This document shows, in pieces, positions 56,266-64,000 of a DNA stretch of 64,000 nt (position 1 is the stretch's first letter; every line of letters starts with the position of its first letter). The notes beneath the pieces were generated by a model. It ran no database searches. It was not told the DNA's origin and was given only the letters and a program-made list of their open reading frames with translations. The translations under genes were made by a program, and so were the position numbers. Source of the DNA: Octopus sinensis (taxonomy: Eukaryota); NCBI RefSeq assembly GCF_006345805.1, contig NC_043009.1:13020001-13084000 (forward strand). Direction: 5' to 3'.

Positions 56266-56464
56266 TTCACATCAAGTATCTTGCTAACCAAATACAAAAA
56301 CAAGCATATGTATATTGGTTGTATGGTAAGCATTTTACTTCTCACCCACATGGTTACGGGTTCAGTCCCGGTGCGTGAAACCTTGATGTGAATATGTTTG
56401 TTTGTTTGTTTGTTTTTCCAGTTTTCAGCTCTTGAGCTGTGGCCATGCTGGGGCACCGCCATTG

Positions 56465-56625
56465 TGGTGAAAGAGTACAGCAGGGATCACCACCCCCTGC
56501 CGGAGCCTCGTAGAGCTTTTAGGTGTTTTCGCTCAATAAACCCACACAACGCCCAGTCTGAGAATCGAAACCGCGATCCTGCGACCGCGAGTCCGCTGCC
56601 CTAACCACTAGGCCATTGCGCCTCT
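56465..56625 (-). mobile_element. tRNA-derived SINE head with short body
   Basis: gaggcgcaatggcctagtggttagggcagcggac...ggtttcgattctc on the minus strand. Confidence 0.7.
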
Positions 56626-56751
56626 CTCTCCTCTCTCTCTCTCCTCTCCCTCCTCTCTCTCTCGGCTCTCCTCTCTCTCTCTCTCTCTCTCTCTCATCGC
56701 TCGTATCTCTATATCTAATATATATATTATATATTATATAATATAGATATA

Positions 56752-58458
56752 GGGAAGCTTTATGAAAATAGACAAAAGACGAAGGCAGGTGGAAAACAAA
56801 CAAACAATTGTATTAGTATGGCGCTCAGGAAATATAAATAAAACAAGTCTTTAACGTTTCGAGCCTACGCTCTTCAACAGAAAGATACACAGAGAAAAAA
56901 ACACAGAAGAAGGAGAGAAAAAAATATGCGTGCAGTAACTAACGAATCAACATGGCATCTGATTTCGGCCAGAAGTCAAACATCAAACATGAGACGCGAG
57001 AGCGAAATTATGGGAGATAATAGGGTTGAATGACCTACTCCAACATAAGGGTGTATGTTGTGTGTTATGAGAGAGGAGAAGAGGGGAGGGGGAGAGAGGG
57101 GGAGGAGGGAGGGAGGAAGAGGGGAGAGGGGAGAGGAAGGGAGTGAGGGAGCAGAGGGAAGGGGAAGAGGGAAGGAGGGATGGAGAAAGAGGGAAGAAGG
57201 GAGAAAGAGGGAAGAAGGGAGAAAGAGGGAACAAGGGAAGGGGAGTAGGGGTGAAAGGATGAAGGACTGAAGAGAAGTAGGGGTCGGGGGGAGGTAGGTG
57301 AGGAGGGGGGAGGGGTTTGGGGAGAGTTGAGACCAAAGTTGAGGTATGAGTGTGAGTCTGTGTGTTTGTAGTGAATGGAGGTGGTAAGAGTGGAGTGAAG
57401 AATGCTAACCGAAATGTCGAGGAAGGAGACAGAGGTGTTGGAAATAGTGGAAGTGAAGTGGAGGGCTGGATGGAAAGATTGGACGAAAGAGAGGAAGGAA
57501 TCTAGATTTCACGGGAGAGTGAGGTGGCACCGATAATGTCGTCAATGTAACGCCATATAGTTCAGGAGTGGGACCAGTGAAATTAGAGAATATTTGGGCC
57601 TCAACATAGCAACGACAGGTTCGCATAGTTGGGGCCCATTCGCGTTCCCATGGACACTCCCGAGACCTGATGGTAGAACTCGCCCGTGAACGAGAAGCAG
57701 TTCAGAGTAAGGACAAGTTCGGCCAGACGAATGAGTGTGGAGGTGTCAGGTTCAGGGTTGGAGCGGAGGTCAAGAAAGTGTTGAAGGGCCTGCAGTCCTT
57801 CGTGGTGAGGGATAACAGTATAGAGGCTTTGGATGTCCATAGTAAAAAGGATTTTGGAGGAGCCGGGAGGAAAGGAGAAAGAGTTGAAAAGCCGGAGAGC
57901 ATGTTGGTATCGTGGATGTGGGGGGAAGAGATGCCACTAGGGGGGCAAGGACACGGTCGAGGTATTTAGAGATGAGCTCCGTGGGGCACTTACAAGCGGA
58001 GACGATGGGGCGGCCAGGGTTGTTGGGTTTGTGGATTTGGGGGAGGAAGTAAATGGTGGGGGTACGTGGGGTTCGCACAATTAGTTTGGATGCGGTGTGG
58101 GGGAGACGGGAGGACGAGATGAGGTCGCGGACAGTAGAGGATACCGTCTGTTGGTAGCTACGTGTGTGGTTAGAGGGCAGAGGGGAGTAGAAGGAGGTGT
58201 CATTGAGTTGGCGGAAAGCCTCGGCCCTATAGAGGTCCACGCGCCACACCACTACAGCTCCACCCTTGTCAGCCGGTTTGATGATAATGTCAGCGCGCCG
58301 TTGGAGGGAACGAAGAGCCAAGAGCTCAGCCGGGGAGATGTTGAGGCGGCGTTGGCGCCTGGAGTAGTTGAACCGCTCCAATGCACGCTGACAAGCGCCC
58401 GCGAAAAGATCCACTGCTAGGAACTGGCCAGGGGCAGGCGTCCACGGGGATGGTCGGC
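56752..58458 (-). mobile_element. Penelope-like element (Neptune-type RT), 5'-truncated, ending in the family A terminal module
   Basis: IIIKPADKGGAVVVW, YFLPQIHKPNNPGRPIVS, MDIQSLYTVIPH, GVSMGTRMGPNYANL, YIDD, SFLDISV; (TA)n at both junctions; no GIY-YIG detected. Confidence 0.9.
56849..56884 (-). ncRNA. Minimal type-I hammerhead-like motif (core CUGUUGA + A)
   Basis: CUUU-CUGUUGA-A-GAGC(GUAG)GCUC-GAA-ACGU-U-AAAG. Confidence 0.6.
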
Positions 58459-58529
58459 ATATATATATATATATTCACATCAAGTATCTTGCTAACGAAA
58501 TATAATAACGAAGCACATATATATGTATA

Positions 58530-58925
58530 TAGGTTGTGTGGTAACGATTTTACTTTCTAGCCACATGGTTCTGGGTTCAGTCCCGCTGCGTGCCACGGCG
58601 GGCAAGTGTCTTCTATAGCCTCGGGCTGACGAAAGCTTTGTCAGTGGATATGGTAGACGGACACTGAAAGAAGCCTCTCGTATATACATGCGCGGGCATG
58701 TATGTGCGTAAGTACGCGTCTGTGTGTTTTTGTCTCCCACCACCGCTTGACAACCGGTGTTGGTGTATCCATATCCCCGTAACTTAGCAGTTCGGCAAAA
58801 AGGGGCCGATAGAAAAAGAACCAGGCTTGAAAATATAAATCGTGTTAATTCTTTAGAGTAAAATTGTGCGAGGCGGTGCCCCAGCATAGCCGCAGTCTAA
58901 TGACTGAAGCAAGTAAAACGAAAAA
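58530..58925 (+). mobile_element. SINE-1, full length, degenerate
   Basis: Homology to 12567-12977. Confidence 0.8.
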
Positions 58926-60164
58926 ACGAAAATGGCCTATAAACACTGACACACACACACACACACGAGCACTCACACACATACATAAATATGAAAAAGA
59001 GAGGATAAAAGAACAGTGGTGAATAGCAATCGGAAAGTATAATGTCAAATTAGGCAAGATGTAAAGATAAAAGCCAGTTACAGACTTTTAAAGAGAGAAA
59101 TTTTCAATAAAACAATACAATGGTTGACTCAAGCAGCATACATAGACACACTGAACTTTACTACATTAAGAAACACGCAGAAACTAAAAGTGCGATTAAT
59201 AGAAAACAAATGGAATATAAATAAATAGAATACCTGTCTATAGAATAGACAGGTATACGGGAAATGGTAACATCCTATGTTCCGGAGAAAGAATAGCAGC
59301 TTGAAATATGATTATGCTTCTCGTTACAATAAATAAGGCAAGAAGACCGAAAGAAAATTTCCAGTATAATCACATGGCCAAAACATAGACTTGCTGTGGG
59401 AAAAACATCTTATGAGTACATTCCATGTCCACGCCAAAATGGAAAGCTTGATTTCAGACCCGTTATTCGCCGAGGGTACTACACGTAACTTCACAGAAAA
59501 TGTTTGTTGGTTCATAACTGAAAATACTGAATAGTAATACTTCAGGTGCTTTAAACATGCAGATTCTTCATTATGCAGAGTTTCTAGTTTTCTTGACGTG
59601 GTTGGTGTACAATAATATTCATATGATGTTAATTTGATTATGGACATTGTTTGGAGAGGAGCTGAAGCTAAGGAAATACATATTCTTGCGGAAACAGTAC
59701 TGGTTGCGTTATCCATTTCTGAAGTGGGCGAGGTGAAGATTTCAGCTGAGCAGAGTAAACAAGCGAAACACCTGTAACTGCTATTTATTTCCAAATGCTT
59801 GAACAGAACATTGAATGTCTTCTAGCGTAGGTCAGCTGGAAATGTTCAGCGAAATAGATGCCATCTCGCCCAAGCTAAGTCAACACAGATTGTTGGTCGC
59901 TGGTAAATAGGTTGCACAAAAACCAACTTCACTTCAATTTATGTCAGTACATAATATACTATAGAGTGCAAAGTTTTTATCATATCTCTCTAAAACGTGT
60001 GTTTGGTTTCGGCAAAAGGCCACAAATTTGAGGGAATGGCGATAGTCTAGTCTATAACACCGACTAAACTACTTGACTACTAATTTATTTTAGCGACTAC
60101 AAAAATGAAAGATGAATGTAACTAAAGACACAACACACACACACACACATATATTATTATATAT

Positions 60165-60196
<32 letters not shown>

Positions 60197-60207
60197 AATA
60201 TATACAA

Positions 60208-60449
60208 GTAAATAAAGGGAGTTTAACGAAGATGTTATTTAGCTTTTTTTACTTATTTTACTTTCGACATATGTTCGAAGACAACATGATTTTATTTCAA
60301 AGGAATAAACGGAGTAAAATGCAATCTTCTCATCAGGAAACAAAGAGAGCCTCTCTCAACAACAAGACATAAAACCATGTTGTCTTCGAAACATATGTCG
60401 AAAGTAAAAGAAGTTTAAATAGCATCTTCGTTAAACTCCATTTATTTAC
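60208..60449. mobile_element. Fold-back element, family G, with canonical-core hammerhead-like motif (60262-60340, minus)
   Basis: Inverted arms 60208-60298 / 60369-60449; TA-rich flank on the left. Confidence 0.75.
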
Positions 60450-60609
60450 TTATAATACACAAATTAATACACATTAACCCGGAGTTTCAACCTTTGAATA
60501 GGTCGCTTCATACGTGTTATTTGCATGAATTTTGCTACCCTGGTAACTGTTTATTGAATTTTCCTTGTTAACGGTAAACAAAGGATAATTCATTCATCAT
60601 TTAAATATA

Positions 60610-60672
<63 letters not shown>

Positions 60673-60681
60673 TATATATAC

Positions 60682-60731
<50 letters not shown>

Positions 60732-60805
60732 TATATACATGTATGTATGTATGTATGTATGTATGTATGTATGTATGAATGTATGTATGTATGTATGTAT
60801 GTGAA

Positions 60806-61140
60806 AGCACGTGGCTAAATGGCTAGAGCTTCGGGCTTACAATCTTACGCTATGGTTTGGATTTCGGGACCGGGCTGCGTGTGGGTTCTCAGGGAGACAT
60901 TCTATTTCACGTTGATCCAGTTCACTTAGCTTGTAGAAATGACTTGTGGCGTCACTAGCTCCAAGCTGTATCGGCCTTTGCCTTTCCCTTGGACAACATC
61001 GGTGGTATGGAGAGGGAAAACAGCTATGCATGATTGAGTGTTGGTCTTCCACAAACAACTTTACGACCTGTGTCTCGGAGGGAAAATTTCTAGGTGCAAT
61101 CCCATGGTAATTCTTGAACGAAGGAGATCTTTACCTTTTA
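60806..61140 (+). mobile_element. Degenerate SINE with SINE-2-type head and a third tail type
   Basis: gcacgtggctaaatggctagag head; ctatttcacgttgatccagttcact body shared with 27211-27533. Confidence 0.6.
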
Positions 61141-61166
61141 GGAATATACATGTATATTTTATGTCA

Positions 61167-61215
<49 letters not shown>

Positions 61216-61275
61216 ATATATATATATATAAATATATATATACATACCACACAACACACACACACACACACACCA

Positions 61276-61337
<62 letters not shown>

Positions 61338-61999
61338 AATGTGTGTGTGTGTGTGAGTGTGTGTGTGTATGTGTGTGTGTTTTGTGTTTTAATTCAAAAT
61401 GGGGACAAACACCAGTTCCTTCATGTGATCGGTTTGAAGACTTATAAGGGATATTTTTTTAATACGAGACCAAAGGTAAACCTAATACACAAAGAATGTA
61501 TCTTTATCCACCAATGCAGTGTTGTGCACTCATTTTTATTATTCGGAGTGTACGAGTATTCGTTTCTCATTGTGTCCGACGTTTTTTTGGTGTCCTGTAC
61601 CCATATATGCATGTATATATACATCTAGATGTAGGTACGTACATATATGTATGTATATATGCATGTGTTTTATTTATTATTTTGTTATTATATGATAGAA
61701 CGCCACGCATCCACTGCTAAGTAAGTTTTATCTTAATATATATATATATAATTAGGGTTCAGTAAAAAAAATTACTTTACCACACACCGAACTTTTAGAA
61801 ATAGCAGCCAAATTTAGCTGTTTCCTCTGCTATAAGAAAAGTCTCACAGACAACGTATACTCAAAAATAATTTACGTAGGTATAGAGGGAAAAACAACGA
61901 AAGATCACACGAACATCGATTACTTGAGAACGTCGTTTCTGGATTAGTTAGATATAGATATGTTAGAAATACATACTCCTATCAACATTTCCGTCAGCA

Positions 62000-62418
62000 G
62001 CCCAAGATTTCGTTAGGTTTAAATTTGAGAGCACTAAAATTCGAACATACCCGTCTGATATGAGTAATCCCAGATAAATCATCTTCGACCGCCAGTACTA
62101 ACGAATTCAAAAAGTACGAATGAGGCTTTGTATTCTTCACCGTCCACCCACGTGAGTTATAGAGCAACAAATCACTACAGAGGGATCTGTAGTTTATTAT
62201 CAGGGAGGACCTCATTCGCCGAAAATGCTCGTTTTTCTTAACTTTGACATTCCAATTTTATGATCTGAAAATAAACAAAAATTAAGTAGAAAGACAAAAA
62301 AAATAGATTCCAAAATGATTCAATAATAGAATTCTCGAAAAATAGATTCCAAAATTTAAAAACGCAATAAAGTCCAATGTGAAAAAAAAAAACGGCGTGA
62401 ACTTAGTTGCCAACCCAC
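62000..62418 (-). mobile_element. Mariner 5' fragment
   Basis: TIR-like gggttggcaactaagttcacgccg; translation VKKNEHFR and an EDDLSG-like stretch resemble the mariner N-terminus. Confidence 0.5.
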
Positions 62419-62435
62419 CATATATATATGCATAT

Positions 62436-62629
62436 AGGCGTGGGAGTGGCTGTGTAGTAAGTAGCTTGCTTACGAACCACATGGTTCCGGGTTCAGTCCT
62501 ACTGCGTGGCACCTTGAGCAAGTGTCCTCTACTATAGCCTCGGGCCTATCAAAGCCTTGTGGGTGGATTTGGAAGACGGAAACTGAAAGAAACCCGTCGT
62601 ATATATGCATATATACATATATATATATG

Positions 62630-62671
<42 letters not shown>

Positions 62672-62885
62672 ATATGTGTATGTATGTTTGTGTGTCGGTG
62701 TTTGTCCCCGAAAATCGCTTGACAACCGATGCTGGTGTGTTTATGCTCCCGTAACTTAGCGGTTCGACAAAAATACCGATGAAATAAGTACTAGGCTTAC
62801 AAAAAATAAGTCCTGGCGTCGATTTGCTAAAGGTGGTGCTCCAGCATGACCACAGTCAGATGACTGAAACAAGTAAAAGAGTAAG
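62436..62885 (+). mobile_element. SINE-1, full length
   Basis: Homology to 12567-12977. Confidence 0.9.
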
Positions 62886-63404
62886 ATAGTATATCTATGT
62901 ATGTAATTATATATATATGTATATGCATACATATATGTGTATATATATGTATGAATATATATATACATACCTTCATACATAGATATGTGTGTGTGTTTGT
63001 GTCTGTGCGTGTGTGCTTGGATGCCGGGATATATATATATACGTTATACTTGATAAGAAGAGGAAAATATGGAAATTATCAGCATAGCCTTCTAGGATTT
63101 AGTCAAATTCCTATATTTCTACCCTCTACTCTAGAATTCACTCTTGAATTCAACATTCGGATGTGGATTATACAAGCTATACGTCTTCACTCCATCTTTA
63201 TGAGACTGTGTTTGGTTAAGAAGAAATTATTGATTTTTGTAACATTAAATTCATGTCTATACTACGTTTGGTGACTTCCTTATCAAGTACTATCCGCTTT
63301 TCGTGGAACATTCGTAGGCAAGTACAAAAGAGGTTTCATTTTGTTATCATATGGCCAATGCGCTTTTCTCGGTTATGTCTTTTGTGAGGATACGATAAAA
63401 CAAA

Positions 63405-64000
63405 GCTACAAAGGGAGGGGTTGGGGGAGAGTGAGAGAGAAAAAATGAAAGCCTGAGGAAGAGAGAGAGAGAGTGTGTGAAGGAGACGGGAAGGAAAAGA
63501 AGGAGAGAGTGCAAGAAGCAGACGGAATGGAAAAGAGGAAGAGAGAAGGAATGAGAGGGAGAAAGAAAGACAGAGAGAGGGAGAAAAGGTAGAAAGGATG
63601 ATAAGAAAACAAAGGAAGTGAGAGAGAGAGAGCGAAAGAGAGAGAATGAGATCTTGGGAATGAGAAGGTGAGGGGACGGGAATGGAGAGAGAGAGAGAGA
63701 GAGAGAGAAGGAGAGAGAATGAGAAAGAAAGATAGAGAGTGGAGAAAAAAGAGAGAGAAGGAGAGAGAATGAGAAAGAAAGATAGAGAGTGGAGAAAAAA
63801 GAGAGAGAAGGAAAAATGCAGAAAGAGGAATGAGAAGAGCTGGGGAGAGAGAGAGAGAGATAAAGAGGGAGAGAGATAAAGATAAAGTGAAAGATGAGGG
63901 AAAGAGAAAAAGATGGAGAGAGATAAAGATAAATAGAGAGATAAAAAGGGAAAGAGAGATAAAAAGGGTGAGAGAGAGGTAAACAGGGAAAGATAGTAAG
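63405..64000. repeat. GA-rich low-complexity tract with a perfect 50-bp tandem duplication (63701-63750/63751-63800)
   Basis: Direct inspection. Confidence 0.9.

Noticed and set aside
59324-59794. 156-aa minus-strand ORF
   Set aside because: No recognisable domain; another frame has a faint NQY.FRKN LINE-RT echo, too weak to annotate.

Overview
AT-rich, repeat-saturated animal genomic DNA. The extreme density of (TA)n/(CA)n/(TAA)n/(TATC)n/(ACAT)n microsatellites and the tRNA-derived SINE types point to an octopus (cephalopod) genome; this is recognition/inference, not a database result. I find no supportable host protein-coding exon, rRNA, true tRNA or CRISPR array, so the window is probably intronic or intergenic, and nearly all ORF-track entries are microsatellite read-throughs. 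Real coding signal comes only from transposon relics: three R4/Dong-type RLE LINE copies, four Penelope-like element (PLE) fragments, RTE and BovB-like LINEs, a Tx1/L1 RT fragment, several mariner relics/MITEs, a Chapaev3 relic, a hAT MITE and three non-autonomous Helitron-type elements. The main unexplained structure is a set of at least six short (about 150-300 bp) sequence families whose 3' ends are fused to (TA)n. Each carries a minimal type-I hammerhead-ribozyme-like fold with family-specific helices and a palindromic helix III, several with non-canonical cores. They often occur as head-to-head fold-back pairs, and one forms the 3' end of a PLE reverse-transcriptase copy. Folds were assigned by eye and activity is untested. 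Element boundaries are approximate unless a TSD/TIR is quoted.
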